64,000 nt of DNA from an uncultured delta proteobacterium. Lineage in GTDB: Bacteria > Desulfobacterota > Desulfobacteria > Desulfobacterales > Desulfosalsimonadaceae. Below, one piece after another: positions 10,522 through 19,835 of this stretch. The stretch's first letter is position 1, and every line of letters begins with the position of its first letter. The notes beneath the pieces were generated by a model. The model made no database searches, had not been told where the DNA came from, and was given only the letters and a program-made list of their open reading frames with translations. Location of the stretch: positions 32,001 to 96,000 of the forward strand of contig CAWGYD010000004.1 in the NCBI GenBank assembly GCA_963826785.1. The letters run 5' to 3'. The position numbers were made by a program, and so were the translations under genes.

Positions 10522-10692
10522 TTACAATGCCTCGTATGCAATTTTCGCCAGCAGGAAAACAAGTCGGATAATATCATTCATCCGTAAAATTTATAATAGC
10601 ATGGAACGATGATGAATATCAATTTAGGAAAAATGTCGCAATGGGGGATAGCATGTATTTCGGCCGTCAGGGGGGAAACATCCGGATGAAGA

Positions 10693-11367
10693 TCAGAAGG
10701 GAGGGCGCTCGATCAGAAGATAGAAAAACACGGCGCTGCCCAGGTAGAGCTGCATGACCAGAAAGGCCGCAGGGAATTTAAACCAATGCGATCGGCCGCT
10801 GATCTGCTGATAGGCGAAATAGGCGGACAAGCCCAGGATGATTTCCGGTATGACGATGTAAACCGCCACATGGCCGATCATGGCGACATTTTTGGCATAC
10901 CAGGAGGGCAGCATCCAGGAGAACTGCTCGGACCCGGCAAAAAGGATGAACGCGCTGATGGCCGCCGCGGCATATGCAGCTTTTTCGGAATAGCGGATGT
11001 AGAACCGTTCGCCGACAAAGACGATGACAAAAATCGGGATGGTCCATAACCCCGCCATGTACCCCGAGACCGTGCCGAACCTGAACAGGCCGTCCTCGGC
11101 AAAGACCAGCACCTGCAGGTGCTTTGACAAAAACCAGTCGGGAAACACCTGAAACACGCTGACAATGAGGGCAAAGAGCCACAGGCTGATCCATTCCCGG
11201 TCATTTCGAAACAGGCCCCACAGGGGCAGCATGAGGTTGTAAATGACCACCAGCGCCAACATCCGGATGCCCACGGGCTGACCCAGCGGCAGCAGCAGGA
11301 CCAGGGCGCACAGCGCGGCAAAGAGGGTATGGACGATCAGGAAATCCTTTTCATTGTCTTGAAACAT
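10693..11367 (-). CDS. Uncharacterised multi-pass membrane protein
   Basis: 224 aa with about 7 hydrophobic segments; purine-rich RBS; co-oriented with its neighbours. Confidence 0.8.
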   Translation of the reverse strand: MFQDNEKDFLIVHTLFAALCALVLLLPLGQPVGIRMLALVVIYNLMLPLWGLFRNDREWISLWLFALIVSVFQVFPDWFLSKHLQVLVFAEDGLFRFGTVSGYMAGLWTIPIFVIVFVGERFYIRYSEKAAYAAAAISAFILFAGSEQFSWMLPSWYAKNVAMIGHVAVYIVIPEIILGLSAYFAYQQISGRSHWFKFPAAFLVMQLYLGSAVFFYLLIERPPF

Positions 11368-11388
11368 GAAGCCTTTCTTCCCCTGTGT

Positions 11389-11874
11389 TCAAGGTGAATA
11401 ATCGGGATTGAGCGGACATTTCGTATTGATGCAGTTCGGGCATCCGGAAATTCGCAGGTGAACGGCCCAGAAACCGATCAATACGCTAAAATAGAGCGCC
11501 CCCCAGGCGGCCAGGGATTTTGAAAGGATGACTGAAACCGGCACCGCCACCCGCAGGCCATAGGCCAGAGTGGCCCATAAGAGCTGCATCCAGCCGAAGC
11601 CGGTCTCTTTCTTGGCAAAGAAGCGGTGGACGCAGCTGCCTTCGAGGGGGATGGGGCATCTTTTGCCGTAATAGGCGCAGTACCGGCAGGTGCCGGCATA
11701 GATGACCCCATAGGAGGCCGCCCATAGAAACAGATAGAGCAGCGCTGCGGAAATGCCGGCAAAAGAAGAAAGTGCCATCCCGATGATAAATACCGCCGCC
11801 AGCAACATCAGGGTCAGTGCATTGTCCGCGGCGGAAAAACGCGAAAGGTATTTTTTTCGACCGGGCCGGATCAT
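11389..11874 (-). CDS. Membrane protein with Cys clusters (CRYC..CP..C; CPNC..CP)
   Basis: 161 aa, about 4 TM segments, two Cys-rich motifs; 4-bp overlap with the upstream gene. Confidence 0.75.
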   Translation of the reverse strand: MIRPGRKKYLSRFSAADNALTLMLLAAVFIIGMALSSFAGISAALLYLFLWAASYGVIYAGTCRYCAYYGKRCPIPLEGSCVHRFFAKKETGFGWMQLLWATLAYGLRVAVPVSVILSKSLAAWGALYFSVLIGFWAVHLRISGCPNCINTKCPLNPDYSP

Positions 11875-12815
11875 TTTTTTCTGCTCCGGACGGTTTCCTC
11901 AACGGTCTGCATGGAACTGTAGCCGGGGAAAAATCCCAACTCTTTTTTGGCCTTCTTGTTTGAGGCCACAAAAGGGTAGCGGATATAGTCGAGATACCCG
12001 CGATTGACTTCAATTTTAGGGCATCTCAGCCGCCACAGGCACTCCAGGGCGGGGTAGAGAATTTTCGCGGGAATAGGCGCCACCCGGGTTTTGAGCATTT
12101 TTGCGATTTCAGACACGGTCAGGGTTCCGTCCCCGGCGATGTTGAATGCGCCGGGGACCGGATTTGCCAGTGCCGCCATGCAGGCGGCAACGAAATCCTG
12201 TTCGTGGACGAACTGCACCGGCGGATCGCACCCCTTTACGCACATGGTGAGGGGGAGAAACAGCATCCGGGAAATATAATTGTCCACGGACGGGCCGAAC
12301 ACGGTGCAGGGCCGCAGGATGGTGATCTTCATTTCCGGGTGCCCGGCCGCATAATCCTGCATCATCTGGTCGGTGGCGGCCTTGTAAAAACCGTAGGGGA
12401 AGGTTTTGTTTCCCCGCAAAGGTGCGTCTTCCCGGATCCGTTTGGGATTGTCCGGATGGGCGCCATAGGCCAGTGTGGAACTGATGGCGATGAAATGCTT
12501 CACCCCGGACATGCGCGCAAGCTCCAGCATATTCCGGGTGCCGTTGACGTCGATGTCGTGCATTTTCTTAAGATTGTGGATCGGCTTGACCACAAAGGCC
12601 AGGTGGAGGACGGTATCAATGGAATGGCGGGAAAAAAGCGGGCCGATGGCATCGTCCCGGATGTCTTTTTGATAATATGTGATGCGGTCCGATGCCCGAA
12701 CCGGCGGGCGGATGTCCATGCCCACGACCTCGCCGGCCATCTCCTCATCGGCTAAAGCTTCGGCCAGCCGGGTCCCCAGGTATCCGGAAACGCCTGTGAT
12801 CAGGATATTTTTCAT
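11871..12815 (-). CDS. NAD-dependent epimerase/dehydratase (extended SDR)
   Basis: TGVSGYLG Rossmann motif, HLAFVV, YGFYK (YxxxK) and LRPCTVFGP. Confidence 0.92.
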   Translation of the reverse strand: MKNILITGVSGYLGTRLAEALADEEMAGEVVGMDIRPPVRASDRITYYQKDIRDDAIGPLFSRHSIDTVLHLAFVVKPIHNLKKMHDIDVNGTRNMLELARMSGVKHFIAISSTLAYGAHPDNPKRIREDAPLRGNKTFPYGFYKAATDQMMQDYAAGHPEMKITILRPCTVFGPSVDNYISRMLFLPLTMCVKGCDPPVQFVHEQDFVAACMAALANPVPGAFNIAGDGTLTVSEIAKMLKTRVAPIPAKILYPALECLWRLRCPKIEVNRGYLDYIRYPFVASNKKAKKELGFFPGYSSMQTVEETVRSRKK

Positions 12816-12906
12816 TCAGCTGTCCGTATCATAAAAAATGCGGAGGAACCGAGACGACATGCCAGCGGACTCCTCCCGCTCACTGTTCACTATTTTGATG
12901 CTTCTA

Positions 12907-13051
12907 TCAGACTGTTGAAAAACTGCGCCTTGAACCGCCATACTGCGTTGCGCGGTGATTCGACAATGCTCACATATTTTTCATATGCTGCGCTTATCAA
13001 ATCGCCGCGCGCCTTGCCTGGCGGCCCAATGCTTGTTTTTAAACAGCCTGA
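12907..13051. mobile_element. MITE-like element with IS-like terminal inverted repeats
   Basis: Left end cagactgttgaaaaac; reverse complement of right end caggctgtttaaaaac (14/16 match). About 145 bp, no transposase, internally palindromic. Confidence 0.65.
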
Positions 13052-13229
13052 CTCAACTCCGCTGCATCCTGGAAACTCGCCTCCGGCTCAGACAGTCCAG
13101 GATGCGGCCGCTCCGTTTCGTCATGAAGCATTCGCAAAATAATGAAGCAATGTTCGCCGGGAGGAGCCCGCAGACATGTCTTTAGCCGTGCCTGCTTAAA
13201 TAAATTACAGTTTTCAAAAACCGGACGCC

Positions 13230-13392
13230 GACGGGTGCGTGAGCATGGGTCTGGAGAGCGAATCGTAGATTTTTGCCCTGAAGACCTGGGGCAAAAGAAT
13301 TACCGCTTCCTATCTCAAGGGCGGCGCTGATCGGGCTTTCCTGACCGGCAAAAAGATTCCTGAGCGACCAGACCCATGCTCGCGCACCCGTC
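13230..13392. repeat. Element bounded by 25-bp inverted repeats
   Basis: gacgggtgcgtgagcatgggtctgg (13230-13254) and ccagacccatgctcgcgcacccgtc (13368-13392), one mismatch; a homologous copy starts at 24210. Confidence 0.75.
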
Positions 13393-13436
13393 AGCCTCAG
13401 ATTCCTTCAATTTCATCCCATATCTCCAGAACCGGT

Positions 13437-14255
13437 TCAGGTCACATCCACCAGCGCGGAAATCCGATCGATAGCCGTATCCACATAATCGTTGTCTTCA
13501 ATATGGATCTCAATGGCCCCAGTGGGGCAAGCGTCGGCACACCGGCCGCACCCCCGGCAGACGTCGGCATCGATCATCGCGCGCTTGTTCTCCACGGAGA
13601 TGGCATTGACGAAACAGACGTTTTTCGTGCAGGTCCCGCATCCCACGCACGCATCGGTCACCTCGACTGAAACCCCGGGCATCCTGGATACCTTTTCGCT
13701 GATTTCCGGGGAGATGGCGGGCAGCACCTTCCACAGGCAGCAGCAGGGGCAGCAGTTGCAGATGGTCAGCAGCTTTTCGCCCGGCCCGACGCCCAGCCAG
13801 ACGGCATCCAGCTTGTTTCTGCCGATGAGGTGGACCAGTCCGGCCTCCCGGCAGCGCCGGACATGTTCCAATGCCTCTTCCACGCCGACCTCGCGGCCGA
13901 ATTTGGGGTTGATCGATTTGGCGGCTTCCCCCAGAAAGAGGCAGCCCAGATCCCGCGGATAATCCTTGCACCCGGTGGAATCCCGGCAGATGCAGAAATC
14001 CATGATCCACCGGGTCCCCGACGAACGGATGAAATGGTCCACCACAGCCGAGGGCGCCGCTATGCTGCCGGGTGGTTCGATGGCGGCATCGATGGGAATC
14101 ACGCCGTCTTTGGGGAGGTAGAAGATGTCGTCTCCTTCAAAAAGGAGATGATCCACCATCCGGCCGATAAACGGATACCGGGTGAGCTTCGACCAGAAAA
14201 AACGCTGGGAAAAGGTCTTGTTGATCAGAAATTTGATAAAATAGGGGTTGCCCAT
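13437..14255 (-). CDS. 4Fe-4S dicluster domain protein
   Basis: CICR, CNCCPCCC, CVGCGTC..C and CRGCGRCADACP motifs. Confidence 0.9.
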   Translation of the reverse strand: MGNPYFIKFLINKTFSQRFFWSKLTRYPFIGRMVDHLLFEGDDIFYLPKDGVIPIDAAIEPPGSIAAPSAVVDHFIRSSGTRWIMDFCICRDSTGCKDYPRDLGCLFLGEAAKSINPKFGREVGVEEALEHVRRCREAGLVHLIGRNKLDAVWLGVGPGEKLLTICNCCPCCCLWKVLPAISPEISEKVSRMPGVSVEVTDACVGCGTCTKNVCFVNAISVENKRAMIDADVCRGCGRCADACPTGAIEIHIEDNDYVDTAIDRISALVDVT

Positions 14256-14262
14256 GTCAAAT

Positions 14263-16359
14263 TCAGTTGGCGGCCATTTTGGCCCGGGCTTCTAAGGCCA
14301 GGTCCCGGACCCGGGCGATATCCTCGTCGGAGAACACGCCGTTGACACCGGAAATGGCCGCAAGCTTCATGCCGTGCTTCAGCCCCATCTTGTAGATGGC
14401 CTTGACCTTCTCCCACTCGATGTCCCGTCCGATGGTGAAGACCTCAAAGCGCCCCTCCAGGGCGAGCACGATGGTTTCCGCCAGACAGGCGTAGGCCACC
14501 TTGGGGGGCAGACCGATGTCCTTCATCTTGGGGTTGCCGGGGAGCAGGATTTCACCGGATTCGATCACCAATACATCCGGACGCTTGGCCACGTCCTTGG
14601 GGGGGATGTCCAAAGGCCGCGCCACATCGGTGATAACACATCCGGGCTTGACCTTGGTGATGTCTAAAATTTTCTTTCCCATCCCCGAGGTGGAGGTGAC
14701 GATGACATCCATGTCCGCCAGGTACTTGTCCGGGTTGACGGCGGGGTGGATCTTGACGTTGGGGGTTTCCTTTTCGATGGATTCCTTCAGGGCCATGAGC
14801 TTGATGATGTTTCGGCCGCACAGGTAGACCTCCTCGAAGGCCATGGCCAGCAGGCGGCAGCAGACCGAACCGATGGCGCCGGTGGCCCCGAACACCATGG
14901 TCTTGGCCTTTATTTTCTTGCCCGGTTCGATCTGGATCAGCCCCATGCGGCGCACGGCGTCCGCCGCGGCCCAGAGGGCGCCCGAAGCACTGTAGGAGTT
15001 TCCGGTGGTGATGGGAATATCGGCCTTTTTGGCCACGGTGACCCCGGCGTCTCCCACCACCTTGGTAAAGGCGCCCAACCCCATGATCTGGGCGCCCATC
15101 CGCTTGGCCATGCGCGCGGCCATGAGCAGGCGCTTGTAGGTGAATTCCGGGGAATGGAGCATCATCTGTTTGGGGGTCCCTCCCACGGTGATCAGCCATC
15201 CTTCGGCCTCCATCCCGGTGGGGGACTTGATGCCGGTCACCCTGGAGTAGACCCAGGGCGGGGAGTAGGCCACGATTTTCTCGATGGCATCCACCGCGCC
15301 GGGAATTTTCACGAACGGTTTGACCTTCTTTTCCAGTTTGAACTGTTCCTGGGACAGGGGGTGGATAACGAAGGCGAACCGGGAAACCCGCCGGGGATTT
15401 CCCGACGGGTAGACCACCCGGGGATGAAGGCCGGTCTTGGTGCTGGTCATCAGATCCAGCATTTCCTCATCGGTGATCTGGTGCTGTTTTTTCCCCAGGG
15501 CGGCGATCACCAGGGCTTCCTGGACATTGACCCCCACCACCCGCTTCAGGATCTTGGGGGTGGTGTCGATGATCACGTCCACGCCCTGCTTCCTCAAAAA
15601 TTCGATCCGGTCGTCATAGGCGGTGGTGGTGATCACGGTCTTTCCCCCCAGTTCCTCGGGGGTGCAGTCTTCCACATAGCTGAAAAAATTGTGATAGGGG
15701 ATCACGATGACATGGGCCTTCTGCATGGCCTTGTGGATGATGTGACGGTTCCATTTTTTTACCGGAATGGCCGAATCGGTGATCCGCTTGCTGGGGACCC
15801 ATTTGAGAATGTCATGGGCGCCATTGGCATACAGATCGAGTTCCTTGAAGGAATTTAAAAACTTGGGGACGCCGTTTTCCAGGATGGGGTCGGCGAACAT
15901 CAGGTTATCGGTGAATTCCGACATCACCTTCGCCATCTTGTAGTGGGTGATCCCGGACAGAAACAGCACCCGGGAATTGTTGAAATACCCGCTCTGCTCG
16001 AACTGCATGGAGCGAAGCGCCCATTCATAGGCGACATTGATCAGCCGGTCCCCGGTGGTGACGGGGGTCTTCAAGCGGGACCGGAGTTTGGCCACCTTGC
16101 TGGAATCGTCCCAGACAAAATCGAGTATGTCCAATGCCGCTTTGAAATAAGAGCTTTTCTGCCGGGAGGTCGGAAGCCGGATGCTGCCCAGACCGAAGGC
16201 GTCGGCCTCGGAATCCAGTTGAATCAGCAGGTCCACGGCCCGGTCGTAGTCTCCGTTGGTGCCGATGCGTCGAATACGAAACTTTTCTCCCAGAAATTTG
16301 GCCTCAAATTCATAGTCATTGGCGCTGGACCCCACACTGATGCTGAATACCTGCTTCAT
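14263..16359 (-). CDS. Two-domain NAD(P)-binding dehydrogenase/reductase (C-terminal half resembles the acyl-ACP reductase/COG5322-like family)
   Basis: FAFVIHPL, GLGAFTKVVG, TTGNSYS, GATGAIG, DVARP and YACLAET motifs; start set at 16359 behind a GAGGGGGG RBS. Confidence 0.8.
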   Translation of the reverse strand: MKQVFSISVGSSANDYEFEAKFLGEKFRIRRIGTNGDYDRAVDLLIQLDSEADAFGLGSIRLPTSRQKSSYFKAALDILDFVWDDSSKVAKLRSRLKTPVTTGDRLINVAYEWALRSMQFEQSGYFNNSRVLFLSGITHYKMAKVMSEFTDNLMFADPILENGVPKFLNSFKELDLYANGAHDILKWVPSKRITDSAIPVKKWNRHIIHKAMQKAHVIVIPYHNFFSYVEDCTPEELGGKTVITTTAYDDRIEFLRKQGVDVIIDTTPKILKRVVGVNVQEALVIAALGKKQHQITDEEMLDLMTSTKTGLHPRVVYPSGNPRRVSRFAFVIHPLSQEQFKLEKKVKPFVKIPGAVDAIEKIVAYSPPWVYSRVTGIKSPTGMEAEGWLITVGGTPKQMMLHSPEFTYKRLLMAARMAKRMGAQIMGLGAFTKVVGDAGVTVAKKADIPITTGNSYSASGALWAAADAVRRMGLIQIEPGKKIKAKTMVFGATGAIGSVCCRLLAMAFEEVYLCGRNIIKLMALKESIEKETPNVKIHPAVNPDKYLADMDVIVTSTSGMGKKILDITKVKPGCVITDVARPLDIPPKDVAKRPDVLVIESGEILLPGNPKMKDIGLPPKVAYACLAETIVLALEGRFEVFTIGRDIEWEKVKAIYKMGLKHGMKLAAISGVNGVFSDEDIARVRDLALEARAKMAAN

Positions 16360-16621
16360 TATACCCCCCTCTTCATCTGGTTTCCGGCAAAAATGCCGAA
16401 GATCCGGCAATTATACAATGGATGAGTGGAAAAACGACACGATGGATATTGGATCAAGGCGCTGCTTTGGGATTTATCTTCCCCATCTCGGATCAAAATG
16501 GCCAGAAACGCCCGTATTGCTTGTAAACAGCGTTAATAGTGACTCCTGTTTGACTAACACAAGTCGTTTTTGAACGCAAGCAGGGAAATTTAAGGCAAAT
16601 CCTTCACCATCAACCCGGATC

Positions 16622-16720
16622 AAAAAAATACCCCTTGTCCGTAGGGGAGCGGACAAGGGGGTTAAGAAGGGGTTTTATATTTAAACCAAGAGAAATCTTC
16701 CCGATGAAAACTTCTCTTAT
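16622..16720 (-). ncRNA. Putative sRNA unit C
   Basis: ATGACA-16bp-TAAACT promoter (16753-16726), a 5' hairpin, a C/U-rich stretch, then a CCCCTTGTCCG/CGGACAAGGGG terminator with T-run; paralogous to units A and B. Confidence 0.5.
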
Positions 16721-16854
16721 AAATAAGTTTAAACATCTCTTGATTTTTGTCATCCGGATGGATTTTTAAATAACGGGCAAAAACTCAAACCACATGTTTT
16801 TACAGGATTTAATAGACGAGAAAAAATGTTGATAAGTTCCGGTCCGGGACCGGG

Positions 16855-17853
16855 TCACTTGGCCAGGCGGATCACCTTGCGTCCGAATCCGCGGCCGTCC
16901 AGCATCTGCTGAATTTGGCCTTCCAGGTCTTCCAGGCCGATCTCCGTGGCCATTTCGTGCAACCCGGCCAGTTTCCATTCGCCGGCCAGTTTCTCCCAGA
17001 TAAGCCGCCGGGTGGTCATGGGGCAGTGCTGGGAATCGATGCCAAACAGGCTGATGCCCCTTAATATAAAGGGAAATACGGTCAACGGGAGGTCGGCTCC
17101 GGCCACATTGCCGCAGCTGGTGATGTTTCCGCCGATCATGGTGGATTTGATGGCCGTGGTCAGAACGTCTCCCCCCACCGTATCCACCACTCCCGCCCAT
17201 CTCTGGTTCAGCAGGGGCTTTTTCGTTTCATCGGTGAATACATCTGCATTCACAATTTCTGCGGCACCCAGATCGTTGACAAAACTTTTATCTTCAGCGT
17301 GCTTGACGAGCCCCGCTACCCGGTAGCCGGATTTCACTAGAAAGGAGATAGCCATGCTGCCCACCCCGCCGGAGGCGCCGGTCACCAGGATATCCCCCCG
17401 GTCGGGAGGGAGATCCTGGATGAGCTTGTAGACGGACAGCCCCGCCGTAAAACCGGCGGTTCCGTAAGTCATGGCCTCTTTAAGGGTCAGATTCGGCGGG
17501 AGTTTGACCACCCATCCGGCGGGAACCCGGATGTACTCGGCAAACCCGCCGGAAGTATTCATTCCCAGGTCGTAGCTGGTGACGATAACTTCTTCCCCGG
17601 GTGCGAACAGGGATGAGCCGCTTTCCTCCACGACGCCTGCCGCATCGATGCCGGGGGTGTGCGGATAATGGCGGGTAATGCCCCGGTTTCCAGAGGCGGA
17701 CAGCGCGTCTTTATAGTTGAGGGAAGAAAACATCACCCGCACCAGTACATCCCCGGCCGGCAGTTCGCTGAACGCCTTCCGGGCGATTTTTCTGGTAAAA
17801 TGATGATCGCCGGCCTCTTCCACCACAAATGCCTTAAATGTCGTATCGGTCAT
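16855..17853 (-). CDS. Acryloyl-CoA reductase AcuI/YhdH-family oxidoreductase
   Basis: SSLNYKDAL, PGIDAAG, GTAGFTAG, TGASGGVGS and PFILRGISLFGIDS motifs. Confidence 0.92.
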   Translation of the reverse strand: MTDTTFKAFVVEEAGDHHFTRKIARKAFSELPAGDVLVRVMFSSLNYKDALSASGNRGITRHYPHTPGIDAAGVVEESGSSLFAPGEEVIVTSYDLGMNTSGGFAEYIRVPAGWVVKLPPNLTLKEAMTYGTAGFTAGLSVYKLIQDLPPDRGDILVTGASGGVGSMAISFLVKSGYRVAGLVKHAEDKSFVNDLGAAEIVNADVFTDETKKPLLNQRWAGVVDTVGGDVLTTAIKSTMIGGNITSCGNVAGADLPLTVFPFILRGISLFGIDSQHCPMTTRRLIWEKLAGEWKLAGLHEMATEIGLEDLEGQIQQMLDGRGFGRKVIRLAK

Positions 17854-17910
17854 TTCAAACCTCTCTTTTGCAACAGTATGGGGGCGCTGATCGCATTTTT
17901 CAAAAATAAT

Positions 17911-18005
17911 AAAAAAATCGCCCCTTATCCGATTTACGGACAAGGGGCTTTTCGGGGAGGGGGTGAGATGAAAATTTTTTTATATTTTCATTTATTTACT
18001 CACCG
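17911..18005 (-). ncRNA. Putative sRNA unit B
   Basis: ATGACA-16bp-TATTCT promoter (18038-18011), UUUUCAUCUCACCCCCUCCCC segment, GCCCCTTGTCCG/CGGATAAGGGGC terminator with T-run. Confidence 0.55.
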
Positions 18006-18080
18006 TTTTAAGAATAACCACTCCGGTCGGGTTGTCATGTTTTTTTTTAATGCCTGCCATCAGTGCGGCATTTGGCGCTG

Positions 18081-18183
18081 AAATATAAAGCGCCCTGTCC
18101 GCAATTGCGGACAGGGCGCTTTTCTCAGGAGGTAGGATTATGAAAAAACAAATCGTAGGGAGGTTTATTCCTTCATTCCTATG
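18081..18183 (-). ncRNA. Putative sRNA unit A
   Basis: CTGACA-16bp-TATTTT promoter (18216-18189), UUUUUUCAUAAUCCUACCUCCU segment, perfect AGCGCCCTGTCCGC/GCGGACAGGGCGCT terminator with a T-rich tail. Confidence 0.55.
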
Positions 18184-18246
18184 AAATTAAAATAACCATG
18201 AAATCCGGTTTGTCAGTCTTTACGCTGCAACGTGTTCATTTTATGC

Positions 18247-19821
18247 TCATCCCCGTGAGGGGATGAAGCTCATGGCCCGCTCCGCCAGTGCGGTGATGGT
18301 CAGGCTGGGATTCGCCCCGATGTTGGCGGACACCGCCGAACCGTCCGTGATGAACAGCCCCGGATAACCAAACACCTGGTGACGGGTATCGATCACCCCG
18401 GTAGCGGCCGATTCCCCCATGTGGCATCCTCCCAGGATATGGGCGGTGGTGGCGGTGTTGCCGATGCTTTCGGTGAGAATGTTCAAGGGCAGGCCGCCGG
18501 TCACCTCACCCAGAACCCGGGCGGCATGGTTGGCCACGGGCAGGTAGGTGGGAGCGGACTTGCCCTTCACCGTCCTGGATTTTAAGCCCCTGCGGAACAG
18601 GAAGGAGGCTTTCCGGCCATAGACGAAGGAGATCTGGTTGTCCAGGTGCTGCATTACCGTCAGCACGGTCACCCGCCGGTTCCAATCTTTTGCCCCCCAG
18701 TTTTTCGCCAGGGTCGAGGGCCGGGCAATCATGGCGGCCAGGGTTTTGAGCGACCGGACGGCCGGATTTGGGTGATCCACTAAAGGGCCGGTCAGAAATT
18801 TCATGAAGTTATACCCTTTTGGAAACCGGTTCTGGGTGATGTGGGTGTGCGCGTCCGGGTAGAAATGGGAAGAAATGGCGGTGCCGTGCGTCAGGTCCTT
18901 TTCGGTGTCCGGGGAGAGCACCCCCACGATGGCTTCGCTGTTGGTCCGCACCACCCTGCCGAGCTGAGTGGAAACCAGGGGCAAGGTCCGGATGACGTCC
19001 CTGCAGTGAAACAGCAGCTCCAGGGTGCCCAGAACGCCCCCTGCCAGCACCACCTGCTTTGCATGGATGGACGGATATTTCCGGAAGGGTTTGGCCGGGT
19101 GCTTCATGTCCAGGCCGTATCCACCGGATTCAAGGGGGCGGATGGCGGTCACCTTGCGGAAAGGGAGCACGGATGCCCCCAGACGCCGGGCAAGGTAGAG
19201 ATAGTTTTTGTCCAGGGTGTTTTTGGACCCGTGGGGGCAGCCGGTCAGACATCTGCCGCACAGGAAGCATCCGCTCCGGTGGGGGCCTGCCCCCTTGAAG
19301 AAGGGGTCCGGAACCCGGACCTCCGGGGTGCCGAAATAGATGCCGTTGGGGGTGGGGCCGAAGGTCTGCTCCGCTCCCATCTTCTGAGCGGTCTTTCGAA
19401 GATATCCGTCCTGGATATCGGAGGCGGGATTATCCACCACCCCCAGCATGTTTGCGGCCGTTTCATAATGTCCGGCCAGTTCGGCCTTCCAGTCCATCCC
19501 CAGGTTGGCCCAGGCCGGGTCCCGGTAAAAGGCATCTTTGGGGCGCAGCAGCACGGCTGCATATACAATGCTGCCTCCGCCCACGCCCACTCCCCGGACC
19601 AGGGTCACGTGGCGAAAAAAATCCTGGGAAAAATAGCCGGTCTGCCCCAGGGCGGGTGCCCAGTTGAGGCGAAAAACACTGTCCTCGCCTTCTTCCATGT
19701 CTTCGGGCGCAACGGGTCCACCCTGCTCCAGCACCACTACCTTATACCCCTTTTCGGCAAGACGAAGGGCGGAGACGCTCCCCCCGAATCCGCTGCCCAC
19801 GATGGCCACATCATAGTCCAT
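18247..19821 (-). CDS. GMC oxidoreductase, cholesterol oxidase-like
   Basis: GSGFGGSVSALRLAEKG, GVGGGSIVY, C..CG.C.TGC, TAHILGG and NPSLTITALAER motifs. Confidence 0.92.
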   Translation of the reverse strand: MDYDVAIVGSGFGGSVSALRLAEKGYKVVVLEQGGPVAPEDMEEGEDSVFRLNWAPALGQTGYFSQDFFRHVTLVRGVGVGGGSIVYAAVLLRPKDAFYRDPAWANLGMDWKAELAGHYETAANMLGVVDNPASDIQDGYLRKTAQKMGAEQTFGPTPNGIYFGTPEVRVPDPFFKGAGPHRSGCFLCGRCLTGCPHGSKNTLDKNYLYLARRLGASVLPFRKVTAIRPLESGGYGLDMKHPAKPFRKYPSIHAKQVVLAGGVLGTLELLFHCRDVIRTLPLVSTQLGRVVRTNSEAIVGVLSPDTEKDLTHGTAISSHFYPDAHTHITQNRFPKGYNFMKFLTGPLVDHPNPAVRSLKTLAAMIARPSTLAKNWGAKDWNRRVTVLTVMQHLDNQISFVYGRKASFLFRRGLKSRTVKGKSAPTYLPVANHAARVLGEVTGGLPLNILTESIGNTATTAHILGGCHMGESAATGVIDTRHQVFGYPGLFITDGSAVSANIGANPSLTITALAERAMSFIPSRG

Positions 19822-19835
19822 GGTTTTCTCCCTGA

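Noticed and set aside
17968..18184. Plus-strand mini-ORFs with strong RBS (MKIFLYFHLF..., MKKQIVGRFIPSFL) as type I toxins
   Set aside because: Lengths and sequences are unrelated among the three units and there is no consistent TM helix, whereas promoters and terminators are conserved on the minus strand. Disfavoured, not formally excluded.
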